The notes under the pieces: generated by a model | Told to the model about the DNA's origin: nothing | Seen by the model: the letters and a program-made list of their open reading frames with translations, nothing else | Database searches by the model: none | Made by a program: the position numbers and the translations under genes | Shown: one piece after another, positions 20,829 through 29,026 of the stretch | Layout: each line of letters opens with the position of its first letter | Numbering within the stretch: the first letter of the stretch is position 1 | Virus record (IMG/VR): IMGVR_UViG_2896607866_000012 | Coordinates: 1-38,459 of that record | Source of the DNA: a virus | Taxonomy: Duplodnaviria > Heunggongvirae > Uroviricota > Caudoviricetes | DNA length: 38,459 nt | Reading direction: 5' to 3' (one strand)

Positions 20829-20881
20829 TTTGTTATGATTTCGTTAACGGCAGACATACAAAGCCCATAGTTAGGAGAATC

Positions 20882-21691
20882 CTAACCATATTTTTTGAAA
20901 AATGCAAGCATCATGTCGCCATCTTCGGCGAAAATCATTTGTCTTGTCACTTTTCTCAATTGTGTCTCTGCATATGCTTCTTCCTGCCAGCACTTTGTAA
21001 CCAGTTTATCAATGACATCTGCATATCCTTTGTACCACTGATAATCCGTCAGGTCCGGTACCAGCTTCTGGACATGATGCCGCGCCAGTGTGGTTGGTAA
21101 ACGGCTAAACCGGTTTCCATTGCAACGCCCACAAATCTTATAAACAGGCGTGCCATGAAGCCGGGTCCTTTTTTCATCCAGGACAATACCTTTACCCTTA
21201 CACCCTCTGCACGCTGTGCTGACTTCTCCCTTACCATGACAATGCTGACATAGTTCCTTCACCCACTCCTCCTTGATAACAGATTCACCGCTTCTGGAGT
21301 GTTTCACCACTTCGCGCAATACATTATGAAATCCAGTACCAGCACAATGCTCACAGCGAGCCTTACTTGCCGCAGACCTGGAATAATCAGCAAAGGCAAA
21401 ATTCACAAGGTAAGGGATGAGCTGTAACCGGGTTTCTTCACTCAATTTATTCAATGTCGGATTATCCAGTGCCATCGCGTAATTGAGCAGACCTTCAATC
21501 GCAAACTGAGGATCCTGAACACCAACTTTTGCCAGGAATAAGGCAAATCCAAGCGGTGCTTTCGACTGCACCATCCCCTGCGCAGCCATCACATCCGTAA
21601 TCGTTAAACCACCCGAGCCTGTCGCCGGTGCGTCATCGCTCAGTTTTGGAGATTTTGGGGAGTAATATTTTGGTAAGGCTTCAAGGTTCAT
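20882..21691 (-). CDS. late antiterminator Q family protein
   Basis: 269 aa ORF with Cys-rich zinc-binding cluster immediately upstream of lysis genes. Confidence 0.8.
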   Translation of the reverse strand: MNLEALPKYYSPKSPKLSDDAPATGSGGLTITDVMAAQGMVQSKAPLGFALFLAKVGVQDPQFAIEGLLNYAMALDNPTLNKLSEETRLQLIPYLVNFAFADYSRSAASKARCEHCAGTGFHNVLREVVKHSRSGESVIKEEWVKELCQHCHGKGEVSTACRGCKGKGIVLDEKRTRLHGTPVYKICGRCNGNRFSRLPTTLARHHVQKLVPDLTDYQWYKGYADVIDKLVTKCWQEEAYAETQLRKVTRQMIFAEDGDMMLAFFKKYG

Positions 21692-21704
21692 GCTCGTTCT
21701 CCAC

Positions 21705-22385
21705 TTACGCCAGTACGCCTATTGCCAGCGCACGATCGATAAAACGAAATATCAGCTCCAGCAGGGAGCCATACTTCTCTTCAAATGCCACGGTATCCGC
21801 ATGCAGCTCGTCGTGATGCTTTCTGCACAAAGGCAACACAAAGAGGTCATGCGCTTTTGTACCCATTCCCCCCTGACCGTGGCCTATCAGGTGGTGAGGA
21901 TCATCAGCAGGCTTTCCACAACATGCGCACGGCTGTGTCTTAACCCAGCGCGTGTACTTTTCATTAACCCAGCGGCGACGTTTTGGGCGTAACATAAAAG
22001 ACTCCGGCGACTCCGGATCCACTTTCAGCGCCAGCACCTTTTTCGCCTTATCCTGGATGATGCTGGTGGCAGGAACCGAAGGCACAAGGTCACTTTCCCG
22101 GGTGACAGACGGCACAACAGGATTCGGTAATCTCAGTGCCTTACGGGCTGCGCTTTCCGGTAAGGCATCCGCCAGATCATTACGAACCAGCCACCAGCAC
22201 AGTTCCGGCATTGTCACAACGTGACTGTCATCAAAACCGAGATCCCGACGCACAACAGACAACACCCAGCGGGCACAGTTATCCGTTGCCATTGATTCCA
22301 GCCGTTCCGTGAACTGATCGCGCAGCTGGTTATCGCAGTGCCAGCACAGACGGATTGCGCCCGGAGCGTGTCGCATTGTTGTCAT
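21705..22385 (-). CDS. DUF968-like protein with C-terminal HNH-type motif
   Basis: 226 aa ORF; C-terminal CxxC...HH...H motifs; nin-region position. Confidence 0.5.
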   Translation of the reverse strand: MTTMRHAPGAIRLCWHCDNQLRDQFTERLESMATDNCARWVLSVVRRDLGFDDSHVVTMPELCWWLVRNDLADALPESAARKALRLPNPVVPSVTRESDLVPSVPATSIIQDKAKKVLALKVDPESPESFMLRPKRRRWVNEKYTRWVKTQPCACCGKPADDPHHLIGHGQGGMGTKAHDLFVLPLCRKHHDELHADTVAFEEKYGSLLELIFRFIDRALAIGVLA

Positions 22386-22415
22386 GTTCTCGCTGTGCCA
22401 GTCGGAATGAGGCCA

Positions 22416-22700
22416 CTAGCAGCCTTTTTCACGAAGTAACCAGCTTTCAAGACATTCCACGCCACCAGCACGACGGATCACTGCCTCATTGCGGAACACG
22501 GCCCGAACAGCAGGATCATCCGCCAGCGGTTGTGATGCCGCCGGAACGGCACCACTGGCAAAAGATGAATAACGTTCTGGCTCAGGCTCCAGCAGGACAC
22601 GCCCCTGCATAAACAGGGGCATCAGCTCTGAACCGGGTCTGAACAATACGATCCCCATACGCGGGGCAATTTCAGGGGTCAGTAATGCTCTCACGGTCAC
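22416..22700 (-). CDS. hypothetical protein
   Basis: 94 aa ORF in operon orientation; no family recognised. Confidence 0.25.
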   Translation of the reverse strand: MTVRALLTPEIAPRMGIVLFRPGSELMPLFMQGRVLLEPEPERYSSFASGAVPAASQPLADDPAVRAVFRNEAVIRRAGGVECLESWLLREKGC

Positions 22701-22701
22701 C

Positions 22702-23511
22702 TCAATGAACGGTATCGAGCAGCTTTAACAGCTCAGGGAATCGGGATTCGAAGAAATGCGGCTGCGTCTCGCGCGGATTTGCGGGACTGGTGATGTTCTT
22801 GCCGAACATGCAGCCTTTCGCTGTCAGCGACCAGAATTTTTTGATGTTGTTAATCGCGGTACGGCTGTATCGTTCGCGCTGCTCGACGATCCCCAGCTTC
22901 ACCATCTGGTGATATGCCTGATTAGCCGTCAGGCGGATACCATACTGCTTCAGCAGTGCACTCAGTGACAGCGTAGGGCGACTTGAGCCATCGGGTGCAT
23001 CGGCAGGAGCATCAATTGCATAGCGCGGAGCCAGATTCGGTAAGCCAACAGCCTCCTGGAGTTTCTGACAAGCCCCAAGCACAGATGAGTTAGACAGGTT
23101 TAATTCCCGACGCATAAAGTCCAGCAGAATCACACCAGCCTGCATCTTGTCAGCAGCCTGCCCGGATAATTTTTCCGGTGCGCTGGTTACCATATCGAAA
23201 GTACGGATCACCTTCAGATGGAATGACGGGCTGATCCACATTGCATAGGCATACACCAGTTCCTTGCAGACATACGTTCCCCGTTCATTTCCCCCATGAA
23301 TCACACTCACCGGGTCAACACCCAAATTCTGGGTGTTGGTCAATTCATGAACAAGCTCAACAGTTTGTTGGCTGGAAAGAAACTTTCCTGGCTCCTTGGT
23401 TCTGGCATTTGCACCAGATGCTACTGCTGCGCGATGCAGATCGTTCAGGCTGTAACGCCCATAAGCATCACGACGAACTTCAATACCATCAATGACCATC
23501 AGATTATTCAT
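22702..23511 (-). CDS. KilA-N domain protein (antirepressor-like)
   Basis: 269 aa ORF; N-terminal KilA-N-like region. Confidence 0.65.
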   Translation of the reverse strand: MNNLMVIDGIEVRRDAYGRYSLNDLHRAAVASGANARTKEPGKFLSSQQTVELVHELTNTQNLGVDPVSVIHGGNERGTYVCKELVYAYAMWISPSFHLKVIRTFDMVTSAPEKLSGQAADKMQAGVILLDFMRRELNLSNSSVLGACQKLQEAVGLPNLAPRYAIDAPADAPDGSSRPTLSLSALLKQYGIRLTANQAYHQMVKLGIVEQRERYSRTAINNIKKFWSLTAKGCMFGKNITSPANPRETQPHFFESRFPELLKLLDTVH

Positions 23512-23530
23512 ACTTCGTTTCTCCTCTTAA

Positions 23531-23920
23531 TCAGGCGGCTGCACCCGCCGGTTTCTCATACTTACTGATAGTGATCTCGACCTTCCCTTTCGGGATAACC
23601 GGTCCCCACTCCACCAGCATTCTTTTCACCTGACTGTCGTCTTCCCACACCCCCGCGTGGGTCAAGGCGTCAAACAGCGCCTTGTTATAGTTGTCCAGAT
23701 CGCGGATCCGGTTATCCGGAGGAAACAACACGATCTCCACTGAAGCAGGTGCCGACGTTGGTTTCGGCAGACGACGTAACTGTTCAACTATTGCTGCGCA
23801 CGCCGCGCTCTGAAATTTTCGCCCCGCCGCGCTTATCAGGCTCTTACCTGCAAACGCCCCTTTGTTGGGGTGTCGCCAGTACGTGTTCACGCTGGGCGGG
23901 AAAGGCAGGATCAGCTTCAT
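23531..23920 (-). CDS. rusA: Holliday junction resolvase RusA
   Basis: 129 aa ORF matching the RusA family in length and conserved acidic residues. Confidence 0.8.
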   Translation of the reverse strand: MKLILPFPPSVNTYWRHPNKGAFAGKSLISAAGRKFQSAACAAIVEQLRRLPKPTSAPASVEIVLFPPDNRIRDLDNYNKALFDALTHAGVWEDDSQVKRMLVEWGPVIPKGKVEITISKYEKPAGAAA

Positions 23921-24243
23921 ACTTTCAGGCCCCTCTTATGTAACCAGTGGGTTGCACGCAGCCTGGCGTTTTCCTCACCGGCAAGCAGTGAGCGGATAAT
24001 CCCGACCGCCTCGCTGTCGTCGTCCTTCACCGCGGTATGAAGCGTGATGCCCCGGGCCACGCCACGCTTTATCGTGATGACGCCTTTTTTCTCCAGTGCG
24101 CGAAGATGCTCCACCGCTGCATTCACTGAACGGTATCCCAGCATGGTTGCCACCTCCTGATTGGTTGGCGGGAAGCCACGTTCTTTCTGGTAAGAAATCA
24201 GCATATCCAGCACCTGCTGCTGGCATTGAGTTAATGTCGTCAT
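23917..24243 (-). CDS. LexA-like DNA-binding domain protein (no S24 peptidase domain)
   Basis: 108 aa; strongly resembles the LexA N-terminal winged helix (...PPT..EVA..LGYRSVNAAVEHLRALEKKGVI...) but ends before any catalytic Ser/Lys domain. Confidence 0.6.
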   Translation of the reverse strand: MTTLTQCQQQVLDMLISYQKERGFPPTNQEVATMLGYRSVNAAVEHLRALEKKGVITIKRGVARGITLHTAVKDDDSEAVGIIRSLLAGEENARLRATHWLHKRGLKV

Positions 24244-24893
24244 GCCGCCATCTCCCTGACCAGTTTTTCCGCCTGCTGGCGAACCTGCGCCAGAAAGGCC
24301 TCACCACATGCCTCAAGTTCATCGCGCCCGATGTAGCTGATTGCCGGTCCCTTCCAGGTCTTGTCGAAAACAGCAATAGCACCAGCGAAGAAAGCGCCTG
24401 TCGGCACCTGCTTCTCGTCCTTCGGGATAAACCAGGCTGGCAGTTCAAAACCAATACGCCCGCGAATAAAAGCAATATGGTCTGCATCTTCCGGCCACCA
24501 AACTTCGCTGGTGGCAGCTTTGATCAGGAAAACATAGCGCCCACCTTTATCACGCATGGCACTGGCATGTTTCATGATGTAACGCATGCCGGTGATGTAT
24601 TGCCCCTCATGCTGACTGGCGCGGCTGTACGGGGGATTACCAAAGGCAGCACCTTTAAGCTCCGCAAGACGTTCTGACCAGTCATGCGCCAGCGCGTTGT
24701 CTTCCGCAGTGTAATAAGCGGCACATTTGGCGTTATCACCATCAGTAAACAGATCCAGAACAAACGGGCCAAACAGGGTGTTAATTCCCAAGAAAATGTT
24801 GTCCGGCGTGCGCCACTGATCGCCCACTTCCTTCAGTTCATGGGCTGGTTTGTTCCGCAGCTCCACTAGCGCCTGGCAATATTTATTACTCAT
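24240..24893 (-). CDS. phage DNA N6-adenine methyltransferase (Dam-like)
   Basis: NPPY motif; ATG at 24893 overlaps upstream stop (TAATG); track start 24926 is GTG. Confidence 0.8.
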   Translation of the reverse strand: MSNKYCQALVELRNKPAHELKEVGDQWRTPDNIFLGINTLFGPFVLDLFTDGDNAKCAAYYTAEDNALAHDWSERLAELKGAAFGNPPYSRASQHEGQYITGMRYIMKHASAMRDKGGRYVFLIKAATSEVWWPEDADHIAFIRGRIGFELPAWFIPKDEKQVPTGAFFAGAIAVFDKTWKGPAISYIGRDELEACGEAFLAQVRQQAEKLVREMAA

Positions 24894-25387
24894 TAAGCCC
24901 CCACGTAATTCCCTGACAGATACCACTCTTCACCCGATGCAGCGCGCTTGCTGCTTTTCCGTAAGCACCGCTCACGATGCGCCAGAAAATTGTTTCGTTC
25001 TGGCTGGGAGTGGCTTTCACGGAATGCCTCCATCCACACCGTTGCAGCTCGACGGAATAAGCCCCTGGACTCCAGTTCTTCAGCCTGGCGGGTCAGGCAC
25101 AAAATCACCCGGGGGTCGTTAGTGCCGACATAGAAATTGCGCACAGGTCTGGTTTCACGAACAGATTGTGGTTCCGGCTCCTGCGCTCTCTCAGTCAGGC
25201 GCGGGAAATGTCTGCGTGTATCTCCTTCACAACGGTGAGCCACACGCCCACTCTGACGTAACTTGCTTGCTGACTGCAGAACGCGCTGCCGTGAGTAACC
25301 AGCAAAAGCATCCGCAATGTCTCCGGAAGTACACCCCGGATGGGCTTCAATGAATTTCTGAACTTCATTCAAAAGACTCATAATCAC
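24893..25387 (-). CDS. hypothetical protein
   Basis: 164 aa basic ORF downstream of the replication gene; no confident family. Confidence 0.3.
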   Translation of the reverse strand: MIMSLLNEVQKFIEAHPGCTSGDIADAFAGYSRQRVLQSASKLRQSGRVAHRCEGDTRRHFPRLTERAQEPEPQSVRETRPVRNFYVGTNDPRVILCLTRQAEELESRGLFRRAATVWMEAFRESHSQPERNNFLAHRERCLRKSSKRAASGEEWYLSGNYVGA

Positions 25388-26214
25388 CCCCTGAATCCTG
25401 CCGGGATCTGGCTGTAGTCCACGTTGTCGTAACTGGCTTTGAAGTACGGGTCCTCGCGTCTGGCTGCAGATACTGCAGGAACTTCCCAGGATTCTTCGAA
25501 ATGACGATCCGGACCAAAGAACGTGACAGCCTGTTTCACAAATTGTGTGCCGCTGTTACCCATCGCAGATACCCAGCCCGCGTAGCGTTTCACACCTTCC
25601 AGCATGGTTTCGGGGTTTACCCCCTCATTCAAACGGGCTTTCCAGGCTTTGAAGGCTGCAGATTTTGAATTGCCACCAGCACGTTTGGGATAGGCCAGCC
25701 ATGCCTGCTCAAACTCCGGAGAGTATTCCGGTCGGTTTGAACGAACTCGCACAGACTCATCAGCAGATGCACCAACAGCTATTGGGTCATTGACTGGTTC
25801 TTTGACTGGTTCTTTGACTGGTTCAAAAGAGTGACTGGTTCTGGGTGAATCTCCTGCACTACCCCCTGGTGCAACTCCTGCACTACCTGGTGAATTTGCT
25901 GCACCAGATAGTGAATTATTTGCACTACCCCCTAGTGAATCTCCTGCACCATCAAGATGAAGGAGATAGATATTACTTGAGTTACCTTTTTCACCTTTCC
26001 GGGTGACTTTTTTTACCAGCCCGGACTCACAAAGGGCCGCAATATGATTCATCACAGAACGTTTGCTAATCTCGCACTGGTCAGCAATATGCTGGTAGCT
26101 GGGCCAGCACTCACCCTGATCGCTGGCATTATCAGCCAGCTTGATCAGAACCAGTTTTCGCAATGGATTACCCACTCGAATTTTCATCGCTTTAACCATC
26201 AGCTCCATACTCAT
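25384..26214 (-). CDS. replication initiator-like protein with N-terminal HTH (lambda O-like architecture)
   Basis: 276 aa; N-terminal winged-helix/HTH, central low-complexity linker encoded by tandem DNA repeats, conserved C-terminal domain; start overlaps upstream stop (ATGA). Confidence 0.55.
   Translation of the reverse strand: MSMELMVKAMKIRVGNPLRKLVLIKLADNASDQGECWPSYQHIADQCEISKRSVMNHIAALCESGLVKKVTRKGEKGNSSNIYLLHLDGAGDSLGGSANNSLSGAANSPGSAGVAPGGSAGDSPRTSHSFEPVKEPVKEPVNDPIAVGASADESVRVRSNRPEYSPEFEQAWLAYPKRAGGNSKSAAFKAWKARLNEGVNPETMLEGVKRYAGWVSAMGNSGTQFVKQAVTFFGPDRHFEESWEVPAVSAARREDPYFKASYDNVDYSQIPAGFRG
25791..25950. repeat. iteron-like tandem repeats inside replication gene (candidate ori)
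   Basis: TGACTGGTTCTT x3 plus one degenerate copy (25791..25842), then four or five 21-24 bp repeats of (T)CTCCTGCACTACC(CC)CTGGTGAA (25848..25950). Confidence 0.45.
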
Positions 26215-26447
26215 GCTGCACCTCCGAGATGCTTCATGTTTTTTCCGGAGCGAAAGGCTATAAGCGGCATACTGACGCGGTAATTACGGCCCAGCGGTTC
26301 ACAAACCACCTTCTGACATTCACGGTCAACCAGGCTAACACATAGAACATGCCCTGCAGGCGTGGTGTACCACTGCCCAACTGTAGGAATTGATATTTTT
26401 TTACGCTGAAGCAAACGGCAAATATTGAGGATCAACGGATTAAGCAT
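26211..26447 (-). CDS. hypothetical protein
   Basis: 78 aa ORF translationally coupled between flanking genes. Confidence 0.3.
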   Translation of the reverse strand: MLNPLILNICRLLQRKKISIPTVGQWYTTPAGHVLCVSLVDRECQKVVCEPLGRNYRVSMPLIAFRSGKNMKHLGGAA

Positions 26448-27276
26448 GACGATGCCCTCCGCTGATATTCAGGAGACGGTGAATATGAAAATTAGCCTTA
26501 TCCGCCAAACGGATACGTTCAGCCTGCAAGTTAAGAAGGGTTTCTACCAGAACCTGATGCGCCTGCGGATCCGAAAGAGTTACCTTGCGCAGAGCACGTA
26601 GTGCAGTTGTTACATAACTGAGTTTATGTAAGTCTTCATCATTCAGACGAGTGAGGGCTGGGACAGTAGCCATGATGGCAGCCTCCGATAACAGTGAATT
26701 ACCTTCACCACCGGAAACGCCAATTTCGCTGGTGGTGAACTGAACGGGGTTGGCGTAACCGGCGTTATCGGAAACCGGCGCACCTTTCAGTGCCCCCGTC
26801 CAGCCCACCATAATTTGGGTGTGCGCAGACGCAGACGATAAAAAAGACGCTGGCGCGTCATATATCGCCGATAACATTTCCAGGACGCCAATCCCGGCAC
26901 CCGCTTTATAAGGTGCCTGAACAGTGTAACGTCCCGGAATGGCAGAATCAATGTGCTGGTGGTCCTTCACACTCAACAAAATCACGCCTGAATTTCCACA
27001 AAGGACTAAAGCACTCATGCGGGTAGTCTTTGCGAAGATAGATAACGCGCTGTGTTTCTGGCTCCCAACGAATAACATGGACATAAAGCCCTCTTCCGTC
27101 ACGAAACCAGCGGTTAAGTTCCTGCACAACTCGCCCCCCACAGTCAGGTAAAGTTCTCTGTGGTTACTTACAGCCAGGTGATTTGGTAATCTGCATTCAT
27201 GCCGTAACAACAGGTGTTCAGCGACACTGACCACCAGCTGTTGCGACAAACGGTTATTTGCCGTTAAACTGTTCAT
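26440..27276 (-). CDS. hypothetical protein, 278 aa
   Basis: ORF in early-right operon between CII-like and replication genes; no recognised motif. Confidence 0.35.
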   Translation of the reverse strand: MNSLTANNRLSQQLVVSVAEHLLLRHECRLPNHLAVSNHRELYLTVGGELCRNLTAGFVTEEGFMSMLFVGSQKHSALSIFAKTTRMSALVLCGNSGVILLSVKDHQHIDSAIPGRYTVQAPYKAGAGIGVLEMLSAIYDAPASFLSSASAHTQIMVGWTGALKGAPVSDNAGYANPVQFTTSEIGVSGGEGNSLLSEAAIMATVPALTRLNDEDLHKLSYVTTALRALRKVTLSDPQAHQVLVETLLNLQAERIRLADKANFHIHRLLNISGGHRHA

Positions 27277-27836
27277 GCGTTAGTTTCTCCACAGACACAA
27301 AACGCCACGACGCCCGTAGCTGCACACTCGCGGGCGTCACTCTTTTCTGGAGCGCAAAAGATTTTGTAGACCAGTGCTGCATGCTCCTGGAGCTTCGAAA
27401 TTGACAGATACAACTCATCATTAATTGCTGTCTGCTCGTGTGGCTCCACGACCCCATCTTCGATTGCCGAACGAATCTGCTTTGAGTAATTCCCGATCTG
27501 TTCGATGACTTCCAGCAGGCGCTGGTTTATATCGGCGTTCTCTACTTCCTCAATTTCAGGAAGCGATACGAACACCCCACCAGCAGACTGTGCGACAGCA
27601 TCCGCAATGTAGTGAGTGCCAGCCGCGCGCTGTAAAACCATTGCCCATCCCAGCGGGAAAATCTGATCGCCATCGGCACGAAGGCGGTTAAATAATGCGT
27701 TCTCTGTTACATCCAGCCAGTCAGCTGCTTCAGCGTAACCACCCGGCAACGCTGCGATAGTTTTTCTGACAGCTTTCACGTACCACTCAGGCTGTTTTTC
27801 TACTTTCCAGTGATACTTACCCACGGTTAGCCTCAT
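27273..27836 (-). CDS. CII-like regulatory protein (CP76/YdaT-like)
   Basis: 187 aa ORF immediately downstream of cro-like gene; family from memory. Confidence 0.45.
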   Translation of the reverse strand: MRLTVGKYHWKVEKQPEWYVKAVRKTIAALPGGYAEAADWLDVTENALFNRLRADGDQIFPLGWAMVLQRAAGTHYIADAVAQSAGGVFVSLPEIEEVENADINQRLLEVIEQIGNYSKQIRSAIEDGVVEPHEQTAINDELYLSISKLQEHAALVYKIFCAPEKSDARECAATGVVAFCVCGETNA

Positions 27837-27867
27837 CGTTCTGTGGTTAAAAATTGAAGGTGTTCTG

Positions 27868-28068
27868 TTAATCTTTCGGATAGATATCCGGTCTTAAGTC
27901 AGATTTCGTAATTGCACCTGACGTGCATTGCTCAAGTTTTTTCGCCAGCACAAAACTGGCTTTTTTATAACCATTGAAAACCAGCCGTAAGTAGCCAGGT
28001 GTTGAGCCAACTTTTCCGGCCAACTCGCCCTGCTGTTCTTTGGTTAAAGAGTCCCAATACGCTTTCAT
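27868..28068 (-). CDS. Cro-like HTH regulator (YdaS-like)
   Basis: 66 aa from ATG 28068 with GGGGG SD upstream; divergent from CI; the longer 101 aa track ORF extends into the operator region. Confidence 0.55.
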   Translation of the reverse strand: MKAYWDSLTKEQQGELAGKVGSTPGYLRLVFNGYKKASFVLAKKLEQCTSGAITKSDLRPDIYPKD

Positions 28069-28073
28069 ACAAT

Positions 28074-28142
28074 ATGTACCCCCGGTATACATATTACATG
28101 ATTGAAATGAACCTTCAAGATACTTGTACCTTATCGGTACAA
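28074..28142. promoter_or_regulatory. immunity-region operators and PR promoter
   Basis: Perfect palindrome TTGTACC-N5-GGTACAA at 28124..28142; ATGTA-N9-TACAT at 28074..28092; minus-strand -35 TTGAAG (28113..28118) and -10 TAATAT (28091..28096), 16 bp spacer. Confidence 0.5.
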
Positions 28143-28158
28143 AGGTTTTAATTTCGTT

Positions 28159-28833
28159 ATGAAAACAATCCATGACATCCGGCGGTCTAACGCCAGAAAA
28201 CTGAGAGATGGTGTTGGCGGAAATTCATCCTTTGCCACCATGATTGATCGCGAGCCAACCCAAACCAGCAGGTTTATGGGGGATGGCGCTACTAAAAATA
28301 TCGGTGACAGCATGGCACGGCACATCGAAAAATGTTTCGACCTGCCTGTCGGATGGCTCGATCAAGAACACCAGACAACGAACATCACAAAAAAACCTGA
28401 TGTTTCAATCACTAATAAACAAATCACATTAGTCCCTATCATATCATGGGTACAGGCCGGAGCATGGAAAGAAGTTGGATATTCTGAGGTTGATTTGAGC
28501 ACAGCAGAAACGTATCCCTGCCCTGTACCCTGTGGGGAAATGACTTATATCTTGCGGGTGATAGGTGATTCAATGATTGATGAGTACCGCCCGGGAGACA
28601 TGATTTTTGTCGATCCTGAAGTACCTGCCTGCCACGGTGACGACGTTATTGCATTGATGCACGATACAGGTGAAACCACCTTCAAAAGGTTGATAGAAGA
28701 TGGGACACAGCGTTATCTCAAAGCGTTAAACCCAAACTGGCCTGAGCCTTACATTAAGATCAACGGTAATTGCTCTATAATTGGAACTGTGATTTTCTCA
28801 GGAAAACCAAGAAGATACAAAATCAAAGCCTAA
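28159..28833 (+). CDS. CI-like repressor with S24 (LexA/UmuD-type) peptidase domain
   Basis: 224 aa; N-terminal DNA-binding region, C-terminal GDSM...K motifs; divergent to cro-like gene. Confidence 0.85.
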   Translation: MKTIHDIRRSNARKLRDGVGGNSSFATMIDREPTQTSRFMGDGATKNIGDSMARHIEKCFDLPVGWLDQEHQTTNITKKPDVSITNKQITLVPIISWVQAGAWKEVGYSEVDLSTAETYPCPVPCGEMTYILRVIGDSMIDEYRPGDMIFVDPEVPACHGDDVIALMHDTGETTFKRLIEDGTQRYLKALNPNWPEPYIKINGNCSIIGTVIFSGKPRRYKIKA

Positions 28834-28845
28834 TCAATGTTTATG

Positions 28846-28868
28846 AACCTGCTTCGGCAGGTTTTTTT
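28846..28868 (+). terminator. rho-independent terminator after repressor gene
   Basis: AACCTGC-TTCG-GCAGGTT followed by T7 run. Confidence 0.65.
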
Positions 28869-28872
28869 ATAC

Positions 28873-28907
28873 TTGACAATGTACCCATGAGATACATAAT
28901 GTACCCA
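28873..28907 (+). promoter_or_regulatory. PL-like early-left promoter with operator repeats
   Basis: TTGACA (28873..28878), 16 bp spacer, CATAAT (28895..28900); two ATGTACCCA direct repeats at 28879..28887 and 28899..28907. Confidence 0.5.
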
Positions 28908-29026
28908 AGAGAAACAACAAACAGGCAGGACGCCCACGAAGTAGCCGCCTGGGGCATATGAAGTCCAGGATGATTCGTTGAGTCATGTTGTGCCACTAGG
29001 TACTCATGTTAAAGCAGGTGTATGAA

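Noticed and set aside
20789-20857. N-terminal 23 codons of ORF 20531..20857
   Set aside because: They overlap the UUCG terminator hairpin; an internal ATG at 20788 with GGAGG is a far better start.
24894-24926. GTG start at 24926 for the methyltransferase
   Set aside because: ATG at 24893 overlaps the upstream stop (TAATG), the usual translational-coupling arrangement; the GTG extension adds 11 residues overlapping the upstream gene.
25791-25950. Tandem direct repeats that could be mistaken for a CRISPR array
   Set aside because: Repeats are 12 and about 22 bp, contiguous without spacers, imperfect, and lie in frame inside a protein-coding gene; no cas genes or leader. Interpreted as iterons and linker-coding repeats.
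28069-28173. Long form of the cro-like ORF (start 28173, 101 aa)
   Set aside because: The extra 35 codons run across the operator/promoter region and into the cI start; ATG 28068 with an upstream SD gives a 66 aa Cro-sized protein.
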